Below are positions 1-8,113 of a stretch of DNA of 64,000 bases, piece by piece (within the stretch, counting starts at the first letter, position 1; the number at the start of each line of letters is the position of its first letter). A program made the translations under genes and the position numbers. This DNA comes from an uncultured Gammaproteobacteria bacterium (GTDB taxonomy: Bacteria > Patescibacteriota > Patescibacteriia > Patescibacteriales > JAGXOH01), in assembly GCA_964635515.1 (NCBI GenBank), contig CAZWNU010000001.1:5068-69067 (forward strand), given 5' to 3'. The notes under the pieces were generated by a model. It had not been told where the DNA came from and searched no databases. It saw only the letters and a list, made by a program, of their open reading frames with translations.

Positions 1-183
1 TACCTCCAGCTCTCCCGGCTCAATATCCATTTTCTCCAGGATGGGCCTGATCAAACTTTCCGGTTGGTTAAGCATAGCCAACAACAGATGGGTGGCCTCA
101 ATGTTTTGCTGGCCGCTTTCTTGGGCTATTACCTGAGAGTTTATAATAGCCTCTTGTGCTTTATTTGTGAATTTATTGAACAT
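1..183 (-). CDS. Clp/Hsp100 ATPase, N-terminal (Clp_N) portion only; the gene continues past the window edge
   Basis: Reverse translation from the ATG at 183-181 gives MFNKFTNKAQEAIINSQVIAQESGQQNIEATHLLLAMLNQPESLIRPILEKMDIEPGELEV, a typical ClpB/ClpC N-domain repeat. Confidence 0.6.
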   Translation of the reverse strand, partial: MFNKFTNKAQEAIINSQVIAQESGQQNIEATHLLLAMLNQPESLIRPILEKMDIEPGELEV

Positions 184-210
184 AAAAATTTATTTTGATA
201 ATTTTATTAA

Positions 211-237
211 TTAGCACTCTTACTATTTAAGTGCTAG
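211..237. promoter_or_regulatory. CIRCE-like inverted repeat (candidate HrcA operator) upstream of the edge Clp gene
   Basis: TTAGCACTC-N9-AAGTGCTAG compared with the CIRCE consensus TTAGCACTC-N9-GAGTGCTAA (7/9 match in the right arm). Confidence 0.4.
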
Positions 238-348
238 TTATGAATATAATATGAGTGCAAAAAATTGTCAAGTAAGCTTGTTTATTAATTATATTAATAT
301 TATAATGATAACATAAAAAAATTGCAAAACAGTAGCGTGGGCAAAGCT

Positions 349-357
349 TGATATAAT
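349..357 (+). promoter_or_regulatory. Extended -10 promoter (TGaTATAAT) immediately upstream of the WecB-Nudix gene
   Basis: TG at 349-350 and TATAAT at 352-357; the ATG at 366 implies a leaderless or very short-leader mRNA. Confidence 0.35.
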
Positions 358-365
358 CAAATGCT

Positions 366-1562
366 ATGAAAAAAATAAATATCTTAGGTGTAAACATTAC
401 TGATCTTAACAAGAAAGAAGTTGTCAAGCAAATTGAGAAAAGCGCTGAAGGCAAAGCAAAGAGCTTATTTGTTGTCACCCCGAATCCGGAGATAATTCTT
501 GAAGCAGAAAAAGATGGAGAATTTTTATTTATTCTAAACCAAGCGGACTTAGCCATTCCGGATGGGGTGGGTTTAAAATTCGCCTCTTGGTTGACTGGCC
601 ACAACCTGGCCAGGATCACCGGTGCAGACCTGACCGAAGAGATATTAAAGATAGCTGAGAGAAAAGGTTTAAGATTAGGGATAATTAAACCTCCTCGAGC
701 CCTATCTGAAAATAAAGAGATCCAAAAAGCGGTAAATAGAAAATTCCCAGAATTGAACTTTTTAATATCAGAATGCTCTTCAGAGGAGGTGGACAATTTC
801 CAAGATCAAAAAATGTTTGATTTCGAACCTGAAATAATACTAAGCACACTAGGAGCTCCTTTTCAAGAAAAATTTATCTTCCATAATTTTAAAAGATTTT
901 CTAAAATTAAACTGGGTATAGGAGTGGGGGGTTCTCTGGATTTTTTGACCGGCAAAGCGCCGCGCGCCCCTAAAACATTAAGGATATTGGGCCTAGAATG
1001 GACTTGGAGGCTTGCTAAACAACCCCGAAGATGGAAACGGATAATTAAAGCTACTCTGGTTTTTCCTTGGAAGTTTCTTAAGTGGCGCTTTTTACTTCCA
1101 TTTTTTTATCGAGATAACTTGATCTGCTTGCTTTACAAGAAAAAAAATGATAATTACAAGGTTTTGGTGGTGGAAAGAAGGGAGGGGTCTGGGAAATGGC
1201 AGATTCCTCAGGGAGGAAAAGATGGTGAAGATCTGGTCACTGCCGGATCCAGAGAGTTAAGGGAAGAACTAAATTGCCACTCTTTTATTCCAATAGCTTC
1301 CTTTAAAAAAATACATAAGTACAGGTTTCCAAGGTCTTATCCCAGACCCTCAAAACATGGGGGATACAAGGGTCAAAAACAAGATCTTTTTATAGCCGAA
1401 TTCCAGGGAAAAGATCCTGATATTAAAATAAATTTTTGGGAACATAAAAATTGGCAATGGGTAGATTACAAAGATCTAGTAAATGTGGTTGATCCCAACA
1501 GGAGAGAGGCTATGAAAAAAATCATTCAAATATTTAAAAAAAATGTTATAAATAAAAATTGA
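366..1562 (+). CDS. WecB/TagA/CpsF-family glycosyltransferase fused to a C-terminal Nudix hydrolase domain
   Basis: The first ~250 aa align along their length with WecB/TagA N-acetylmannosaminyltransferases (ILGVNI..., ADLAIPDGVGL, IGVGGSLDFLTGKAPRAPK, LGLEWTWRL). The C-terminus carries a Nudix box, GGKDGEDLVTAGSRELREEL (E-x7-REUxEE). Confidence 0.7.
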   Translation: MKKINILGVNITDLNKKEVVKQIEKSAEGKAKSLFVVTPNPEIILEAEKDGEFLFILNQADLAIPDGVGLKFASWLTGHNLARITGADLTEEILKIAERKGLRLGIIKPPRALSENKEIQKAVNRKFPELNFLISECSSEEVDNFQDQKMFDFEPEIILSTLGAPFQEKFIFHNFKRFSKIKLGIGVGGSLDFLTGKAPRAPKTLRILGLEWTWRLAKQPRRWKRIIKATLVFPWKFLKWRFLLPFFYRDNLICLLYKKKNDNYKVLVVERREGSGKWQIPQGGKDGEDLVTAGSRELREELNCHSFIPIASFKKIHKYRFPRSYPRPSKHGGYKGQKQDLFIAEFQGKDPDIKINFWEHKNWQWVDYKDLVNVVDPNRREAMKKIIQIFKKNVINKN

Positions 1563-1564
1563 TT

Positions 1565-3040
1565 ATGACTAAAAAGATCAGAACCAGGTTCGCCCCTTCA
1601 CCCACAGGCTTTCTTCATATCGGGGGACTAAGGACAGCTTTATTCAATTATTTGGTCTCCAAGAGGGACGGAGGAAAGACTCTTCTCAGAATAGAGGATA
1701 CGGACCAGAAGAGAGAGGTGGTCGGTGCGGTAAAGAGTTTGGAGGAGGTTTTAAATTGGTCTGGAATAAAATTTGATGAAGGGCCAAACCAGGGAGGAGA
1801 ATACGGTCCATATATACAGAGTCAAAGATTGGATGTCTATGAAAAATATATAAATAAACTTTTAGACTCCCAAAAGGCTTATTATTGTTTTTGCAGCTCT
1901 GACAGATTGGCCGAGCTAAGGGATGAACAAAGACAAAAAAATCAACCTCCGAGGTATGATAGAAAATGCCGAGACCTAAATATCCAAGAGGTGAACAAAA
2001 AATTAGAACAAGAAGAACCTTATGTAATTAGGCAAAAAATTCCACTTGAGGGAGAGATTCTGGTGAAAGACCTTTTGAGGGGGGAGATAAAATTTAAAGC
2101 CAAAGACCTGGAAGACCATGTCCTGATAAAGTCAGATAAGACCCCCACTTACCAATTTGCCTCTGTGGTAGATGATCATTTAATGGAAATAAGCCATGTA
2201 ATCAGAGGAGAAGAGTGGCTACCTTCTTTTCCTAAAAATGTTCTGCTGTACCAGGCTTTTGACTGGATTACCCCAGAGTTTATTCACCTCCCTTTAATTC
2301 TGGACAAGGAGGGGGGTAAGTTAAGCAAAAGAAAAAACAATGTGGCGGTAGAGGATTACAAAAAGCAGGGGTATCTACCGGAAGCTTTAATAAATTTTGT
2401 GGCTTTATTAGGTTGGCACCCCAAGGATGACAATGAAATCCTCAGTTTAGAAGAAATAAGGGAAAAATTCCGAGCGGATGATATTGGTATCAGTCCGGCC
2501 ACTTTTGATCTAGATAAATTGAACTATCTTAATGGATATTATATTAGGCAAACAAGCCTTTCAAGTTTAACTGATAAATGTTTGCCCTTTTTAGAGAAAA
2601 ATATGGAAAAATCCTCCAGGAACCATAAAAAAGAAAGGAAATTCTTAGAAAAGGTAGTCGCTATGGAACAAGAGAGAATGAAGAAACTCGAAGACATAGC
2701 GGACCTAACCGAATTTTTATTTTTAGATGATCTTAGTTATGAAAAAGATCTTTTGGTGTGGAAAAAAATGAGCGAAGAAGAGGTGGCTGAAAACCTAAAA
2801 ACCATATACCAAATATTAGAAAAAATACCAGAAAAGGATTGGAGCATCAAAACTCTGGAAAAACATATATTCGACTACATAAAAGAAAGAGGGGAGAAGG
2901 TGGGCAACTTTTTATGGCCGCTCAGAGTGGCTTTAACCGGGCAAGAGAAAAGCCCCGGCCCTCTTGAGGTGGCTGATGCCTTGGAAAAAAAAGAGAGTTT
3001 GGCCAGAATCGAAAGTGCTTTGAATTTAATACAAAATTAA
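1565..3040 (+). CDS. gltX: Glutamyl-tRNA synthetase
   Basis: RFAPSPTGFLHIGG (HIGH) and KLSKR (KMSKS) class I motifs with GluRS-like architecture. The ORF track starts at a TTG at 1559; the first ATG is at 1565. Confidence 0.9.
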   Translation: MTKKIRTRFAPSPTGFLHIGGLRTALFNYLVSKRDGGKTLLRIEDTDQKREVVGAVKSLEEVLNWSGIKFDEGPNQGGEYGPYIQSQRLDVYEKYINKLLDSQKAYYCFCSSDRLAELRDEQRQKNQPPRYDRKCRDLNIQEVNKKLEQEEPYVIRQKIPLEGEILVKDLLRGEIKFKAKDLEDHVLIKSDKTPTYQFASVVDDHLMEISHVIRGEEWLPSFPKNVLLYQAFDWITPEFIHLPLILDKEGGKLSKRKNNVAVEDYKKQGYLPEALINFVALLGWHPKDDNEILSLEEIREKFRADDIGISPATFDLDKLNYLNGYYIRQTSLSSLTDKCLPFLEKNMEKSSRNHKKERKFLEKVVAMEQERMKKLEDIADLTEFLFLDDLSYEKDLLVWKKMSEEEVAENLKTIYQILEKIPEKDWSIKTLEKHIFDYIKERGEKVGNFLWPLRVALTGQEKSPGPLEVADALEKKESLARIESALNLIQN

Positions 3041-3079
3041 ATAAAAAAACAATCCGGATTTTAAATGATCAAGGGTTTG

Positions 3080-3088
3080 TGTTATAAT
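3080..3088 (+). promoter_or_regulatory. Extended -10 promoter (TGtTATAAT) upstream of the small-membrane-protein/Clp operon
   Basis: TG at 3080-3081 and TATAAT at 3083-3088, about 38 nt before the ATG at 3126. Confidence 0.3.
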
Positions 3089-3125
3089 AATTTTACGATA
3101 AATAAACTAAGATTATTTAAATTTT

Positions 3126-3476
3126 ATGGGCAGCCATGCTCTCAAAATTTTTGGCCAAACAATACTGGATATAGCTTACTTCCCCCTTTGGTGGTACTCT
3201 CAAGGATTGTTAAAAGTTCTTAGATTTTTAAAATCTTTTTTGCTTCAAAAAGAAAAAAGTTTAGCCTTTTTAGTTTGGGTAAAGAACATATTTACCCCCA
3301 TGTATGGACAGAGAGATGTCGCCGGATTTCTGATAAGTTTTTTTATGAGGTTGGTGCAAATAATATTCAGAGGCCTTGTATTGCTTTTTTGGCTTGCCTT
3401 TGTCCTAGGGGTCTTATTATTTTATATCCTCCTGCCCCTGATGTTGCTTTACCAAATTATTTACCAAATTATTTAA
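3126..3476 (+). CDS. Small polytopic membrane protein of unknown function, translationally coupled to the downstream Clp-like ATPase
   Basis: 116 aa with 2-3 hydrophobic helices (LVLLFWLAFVLGVLLFYILLPLMLL). Its TGA stop overlaps the ATG at 3478. Confidence 0.45.
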   Translation: MGSHALKIFGQTILDIAYFPLWWYSQGLLKVLRFLKSFLLQKEKSLAFLVWVKNIFTPMYGQRDVAGFLISFFMRLVQIIFRGLVLLFWLAFVLGVLLFYILLPLMLLYQIIYQII

Positions 3477-3477
3477 G

Positions 3478-6237
3478 ATGATCGAAAAAAAAGATGAATT
3501 ACAATTTATAACTTGCCCTGAATGCCAGGGGAGTGGAAGAGGGGAAATGGGGTTTGGCTGTTTTAATTGTCAGGAAATGGGGCAAGGGGTTTTATTTAAG
3601 GGAAGATTCTTATTTTTTGGACCCAAACTTGATATTAAAAAAATAAAATTTCCTTTAATAAAAAACAGGTTCGACAGGATGGTCAATTTTACTTCCTTTT
3701 TTCTCGCTTTCTTAGGCCTCCTGTCTTTGTCTTTTTGGTATTATTTAAATTTCTCTCAATTTCAATTCTGGCAAGATTTTTTATTTTGGCAGTATACCGA
3801 TATTTTGATCTTATTTTTTTGGCTGGGAGCTTTATTTTTCATCTTCGGTATCTACAAAATAATCAAGGAGGGGGATGAGGAGAAAAAGATTTCTGATTTC
3901 AAGGAGGTGGAAGAGAGTTTAGAAAATATTGAAGATTGGGAAGAGATAAAGAAATACAAATACAAATATGATACTGCGGAGGCTTTGAGCAGGGAAAGTT
4001 TGAGAACAATAGCAGAGTCCTATAAAATAGCTAAAAGGTTTAAGCATCAGGAAATAACACCTCTCCATCTTTTCGCCGCTCTAATAATTCAAGATTCTTG
4101 GATGATCGCTCTTTTTGATAGATTAAATATAAATCAACAAGAATTATTTGAAAAAATCGGAAGGCAGTTAAACCGGGAAAAACAATCTCAAAAGAATGCT
4201 CGTCCCTCAAGGTTCAATAAATCGATTAAAAAAATTTTTATCTCTGGTTTTGTGGACGCTTATGAGTTGGGACAAGAGAATGTCAAACCTTTTAATCTAG
4301 TGACTTATTGCACTCGAGAAGATGATTTTCTAAAAGAGCTGCTCCTGGATTTTAAGATTGATGAAAGAAAAATAGAAAATGTTCTGTCTTGGTTCAGGAC
4401 TAATGAAGAAATAATAGAGAATATAAAAACCTATAAAAAGGTTGCCAGATTCAAACCTAAGAGTAATATGGACAGGGCTTATACTTCAGTAGAAACCACC
4501 TTTTTAAATAAGTGTAGTTATGACTTGACCTTGGCAGCTAAGTGGGGTAGATTGGGCTTGTGCGTCTCTAGAGAGAAGGAGATAAATAAAATATTCAATT
4601 CTTTGACTGGTGTTAATAGAGGGGTGGTTTTAGTGGGGCCGGAAGGAGTAGGCAAAAAAACTATTGTCAAAGGAGTGGCCAGGTTGATGGTGAGAGAAAA
4701 AGTCCCTGACTTCTTATGGGACAAGAGGCTGCTAGAGCTAGATGTGGCCAGGTTGCTCAGCGGAGCCACTCCATCTCAATCAGAGGAAAGAATATTAAGA
4801 GTTTTGGATGAAATATTCAGGGCCGGTAATATAGTTTTATATATAAAAAATATTGATAACTTAATAGGAATAAAAGTGGGGGAGGAGGGAGGAATGGATC
4901 TTTCCGAAGCTTTGGTTGACGGGCTGGAAAGGAGAGGTATATATTGCCTGGCCACCACCACTAAAAGCAATTTTTATCAATATGTTGAAAAAAGCGCCAT
5001 AACCGGGAGTATGGCCAAAATAGATGTTTCAGAGCCCGAAGGAGATCAAGCTATCAGAATTATAGAAAGTAAAATAGGCTTGATGGAGGCTAAGTTTAAG
5101 GGAGTGTTCTTTTCCTACAATGCCATAGAATCAGCTATCGAACTGTCCCAGAGATACATCCATGATAAACATTTACCCCAAAAAGCTCTGGAGATTATAG
5201 AGCAAACCGGAATCAGATTATTCAAGTCCAAAAAGAAAAAAGAAAAAGTTCTGTGCAAAAAGAATGATATAGCCCTGACGATCAAGGAAATGACCAATAT
5301 CCCGGTCGATGAAGTGTCAGAGGAGGAAGGGATCAAGCTTCTTGGATTGGAAAAGGAAATACATAAACACATTATAAACCAAAGCGAGGCCGTGAATATG
5401 GTATCTGATAGCCTGAGAAGGGCTAGAGTAGAGTTGAAGGAAGAGAAAAAGACTATATCAAATTTTTTATTTTTAGGACCAACAGGAGTAGGTAAAACTG
5501 AACTGGCCAAAACCGTATCCAAAGTTTATTTAGGAAAAGAGGAGTTTATGATAAGGTTGGACATGAGTGAATATCAGCATGAAGACAGTGTTAAAAAAAT
5601 AATAGGGGACACTAGTGGTAAGAAGGGATATTTGACAGAGGCTGTGAGAAAAAATCCTTTCTCTTTAATACTCCTTGATGAATTTGAAAAAGCTCATCCT
5701 AAGATATTGGATCTCTTTTTACAGGTTACTGATGAGGGCAGACTAACTGACGGTCAGGGAAGAACGGTTGATTTCACCAGTAGCATTATTATAGCCACAT
5801 CAAACATCGGTTCTCGTTTTATTGAAAAGGAAATATCCGTAGGCAAGGAAATCAAGGATATAAAAGAAGTCCTTATAAACGAAAAATTAATAGAAGTTAT
5901 TAAACCGGAATTGATCAATAGGTTTGACGGGGTTATTATATTCAAACCCTTAAGCATGAAGAATGTGGTTGAGATAACCAAATTAATAATAGAAGGAGTC
6001 AGAAAAATGCTTGAAAACAAAAGCATAATTTTAAAAATAGATGAGGCCGGGGTTAGGAAGTTGGCTGAAGAAGGGCATGATCCCAAGTTCGGAGCCAGGC
6101 CCTTAAGGAGATTGATAAAAAAGAAAATAGAAAATGAAATAGCCAAAAAGATATTATCAGGGGAGTTGAGCACAAGAGACACTGTTATCATCAACCATAA
6201 TGTTGAAATAGAAGTCGAAAAGGCTAAAAAATTATAA
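3478..6237 (+). CDS. Membrane-anchored Clp/Hsp100-family AAA+ ATPase with an N-terminal zinc ribbon and a degenerate first nucleotide-binding domain
   Basis: CPECQ...CFNCQ zinc ribbon, then two TM helices, then a Clp_N-like repeat. The first module (D1) has GPEGVGKKT, and the Walker B position reads YIKNID rather than the canonical FIDELH. The second module (D2) is intact: GPTGVGKTE, LILLDEFEKAHP, sensor ATSN and a C-terminal ClpB_D2-small region. Confidence 0.75.
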   Translation: MIEKKDELQFITCPECQGSGRGEMGFGCFNCQEMGQGVLFKGRFLFFGPKLDIKKIKFPLIKNRFDRMVNFTSFFLAFLGLLSLSFWYYLNFSQFQFWQDFLFWQYTDILILFFWLGALFFIFGIYKIIKEGDEEKKISDFKEVEESLENIEDWEEIKKYKYKYDTAEALSRESLRTIAESYKIAKRFKHQEITPLHLFAALIIQDSWMIALFDRLNINQQELFEKIGRQLNREKQSQKNARPSRFNKSIKKIFISGFVDAYELGQENVKPFNLVTYCTREDDFLKELLLDFKIDERKIENVLSWFRTNEEIIENIKTYKKVARFKPKSNMDRAYTSVETTFLNKCSYDLTLAAKWGRLGLCVSREKEINKIFNSLTGVNRGVVLVGPEGVGKKTIVKGVARLMVREKVPDFLWDKRLLELDVARLLSGATPSQSEERILRVLDEIFRAGNIVLYIKNIDNLIGIKVGEEGGMDLSEALVDGLERRGIYCLATTTKSNFYQYVEKSAITGSMAKIDVSEPEGDQAIRIIESKIGLMEAKFKGVFFSYNAIESAIELSQRYIHDKHLPQKALEIIEQTGIRLFKSKKKKEKVLCKKNDIALTIKEMTNIPVDEVSEEEGIKLLGLEKEIHKHIINQSEAVNMVSDSLRRARVELKEEKKTISNFLFLGPTGVGKTELAKTVSKVYLGKEEFMIRLDMSEYQHEDSVKKIIGDTSGKKGYLTEAVRKNPFSLILLDEFEKAHPKILDLFLQVTDEGRLTDGQGRTVDFTSSIIIATSNIGSRFIEKEISVGKEIKDIKEVLINEKLIEVIKPELINRFDGVIIFKPLSMKNVVEITKLIIEGVRKMLENKSIILKIDEAGVRKLAEEGHDPKFGARPLRRLIKKKIENEIAKKILSGELSTRDTVIINHNVEIEVEKAKKL

Positions 6238-6241
6238 AAAA

Positions 6242-6268
6242 AGGATGCTTTTTGCCAAAGCATCCTGC
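6242..6268 (-). terminator. Stem-loop terminator (10-bp stem) with its U-run on the minus strand
   Basis: AGGATGCTTT-ttgcc-AAAGCATCCT, preceded on the + strand by an A-run (which is a T-run on the minus strand). Confidence 0.4.
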
Positions 6269-6273
6269 AAATC

Positions 6274-6561
6274 TTAACCCGTTGCCATTTCCTTTCTTTC
6301 TTGTTCTATAAATCTTTCCAAAATTATGACGGGTTCAAGTCCCAATTTTTTACATCTTTTTTGGAAAAAAGGACAGCTGAAAAAATGGGCACAAAATTTG
6401 GCATAAATTATTGTCTTTTTTTGATTTGCCAAATCCTGGTCTTGAAGATTGTCTAAATCTTCCATTTTTTGCAGAAAAGACGCAACCCTTTTTTTCCTTA
6501 ACCTTTTTTTCCCATTCAAATTGATCACTGCTCCTCCTCCTACTCCTGTTAGTGGTTTCAA
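6274..6561 (-). CDS. Small hypothetical Cys-containing protein; start uncertain (TTG at 6561 or ATG near 6464)
   Basis: A 95-aa ORF in a gap between genes that is otherwise 340 bp long, ending just before a minus-oriented hairpin terminator. C-x6-C-x6-C spacing; no recognisable family. Confidence 0.25.
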   Translation of the reverse strand: MKPLTGVGGGAVINLNGKKRLRKKRVASFLQKMEDLDNLQDQDLANQKKTIIYAKFCAHFFSCPFFQKRCKKLGLEPVIILERFIEQERKEMATG

Positions 6562-7658
6562 TTAAAAAGAACCTTATGATTGAGAACTATTATATCATAA
6601 TTTTCCTATTTTGTGCAAGTCTAACCGCTGTTTTGACATTTTTTGTTATTAAGCTGGCCTGGAAATGGGATATTGTAGACCACCCTTCTGAAAAAAGAAA
6701 AATACATGAAAAGCCCACTCCCTTACTGGGAGGGGTGGCCATATTCTTGGCTTTTTTCTTAAGTCTTTTTCTGTTGCGCGAAAACTTAATTATAGGGGAT
6801 TTGGAATATCATCACTGGCTGGGATTTTTTGCCGGAGCTGTTTTTTTAATTATTGGGGGTTTTTTGGATGATAAGTATAAACTTAGGCCATCCAGACAAG
6901 TTATTTGGCCTATTTTAGCCGTACTTTGCGTTATTGCCGGAGGAGTGGGGATTACTAAGATATCCAACCCCTTTAATGACTTGTTTTATCTTGATACCGT
7001 AACCCTGACTATTTTTAAGTGGGGGGACTCGACATATTATCTTACCCTGCTTAGAGACGCCTTTACTTTTCTTTGGTTGATGGCTATGATGTATACTACC
7101 AAACTTCTGGACGGAGTTGATGGTCTGGTCTCTGGGGTAGTGGCTATTGGAGGATTTATCATTTTTCTCTTCACTACCACCACCCAATATTATCAACCTG
7201 ATATAGCCCTTGCCTCCCTGATCCTTATGGCTTGTTGTTTGGGTTTTTTGATTTTCAACTGGAGTCCGGCTAAAATATTTTTAGGTGAGGGAGGCTCCTT
7301 ATTACTTGGATATCTTCTGGGAGTGCTGGCTATTATCTCAGGTGGAAAAATAGCTATAGCCTTTTTAGTCTTAGGACTCCCTGTTTTAGATCTACTGTGG
7401 ACCATAATTAGAAGACTCTGGAGCGGTCAAAACCCCTTTAAGACAGCTGATAAAAAACATCTTCATCATAAATTATTGAACTGGGGTTTGAGCCCGGAGC
7501 AAACTTCTCTAGTTTTTTATTTCTTTGCTTTAATCTTTGGTGTCAGCGCCTTATTTCTTCAAACCACCGGAAAAATATTGGCTATACTAGGATTGATTCT
7601 TCTAATGTTTTTCTTAGTAACCGGACTTAAGCGCTTGGGGAGTAAGGACAGAGTTTAG
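6552..7658 (+). CDS. Polyprenyl-phosphate N-acetylhexosamine-1-phosphate transferase (WecA/MraY family, GT4 clan)
   Basis: HPSEKRKIHEKPTPLLGGVAIF, DDKYKL, DGVDGLVSG and ten or so TM helices. Alternative ATG start at 6576. Confidence 0.8.
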   Translation: MVSIKKNLMIENYYIIIFLFCASLTAVLTFFVIKLAWKWDIVDHPSEKRKIHEKPTPLLGGVAIFLAFFLSLFLLRENLIIGDLEYHHWLGFFAGAVFLIIGGFLDDKYKLRPSRQVIWPILAVLCVIAGGVGITKISNPFNDLFYLDTVTLTIFKWGDSTYYLTLLRDAFTFLWLMAMMYTTKLLDGVDGLVSGVVAIGGFIIFLFTTTTQYYQPDIALASLILMACCLGFLIFNWSPAKIFLGEGGSLLLGYLLGVLAIISGGKIAIAFLVLGLPVLDLLWTIIRRLWSGQNPFKTADKKHLHHKLLNWGLSPEQTSLVFYFFALIFGVSALFLQTTGKILAILGLILLMFFLVTGLKRLGSKDRV

Positions 7659-7678
7659 TCTAAAAGTTTAAAAAATTT

Positions 7679-8053
7679 ATGTTCAATTATCCTGAAGCTA
7701 AAATATATCTTGTTTTTTCTTGGGTTGTTTTTATTTTGATCTTAATTATCACCCCTCTCCCGAATCTGGAAAACAGTTCAGAGTTGACCCTTAATGATAA
7801 AATAATCCATTTTTTTATGTTCGGGGTCTTGAGTTTTTTGCTTAACTGGAGCCTTAGGGAAGTGAGGGAGTCTAGGCCTCTTTTTGCAGACACCTTAATT
7901 GTCTCTGGAGTGATCATATATGTTTTGCTCTGCGAGTACATACAAGGCTTTATTCCCAGCCGAACAGCTTGTCAATGGGATATTATAGCTGGCATTCTCG
8001 GCGCAATTATTGGCCTGACATTAGCTAATCTTTATTTCCGTGAAGAAAAATAA
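7679..8053 (+). CDS. VanZ-like membrane protein
   Basis: HFFMFGVLSF...EYIQGFIPSRTACQWDIIAGILGAIIG matches the VanZ family signature. Confidence 0.55.
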   Translation: MFNYPEAKIYLVFSWVVFILILIITPLPNLENSSELTLNDKIIHFFMFGVLSFLLNWSLREVRESRPLFADTLIVSGVIIYVLLCEYIQGFIPSRTACQWDIIAGILGAIIGLTLANLYFREEK

Positions 8054-8113
8054 TTTTCTTTTTTATTTTTAAATGATATAATCATTTACAGATATAATAA
8101 TTTAATTTAACTT

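Noticed and set aside
227-796. 189-aa minus-strand ORF overlapping the promoter region and the WecB-Nudix gene
   Set aside because: It is antisense to a well-supported gene and its product is low-complexity. The true minus-strand gene (Clp) starts at 183.
4518-6263. Several minus-strand ORFs (83-169 aa) inside the Clp-like gene
   Set aside because: They are antisense to a conserved coding region, have Ser/Leu-rich low-complexity translations and no start or terminator context.
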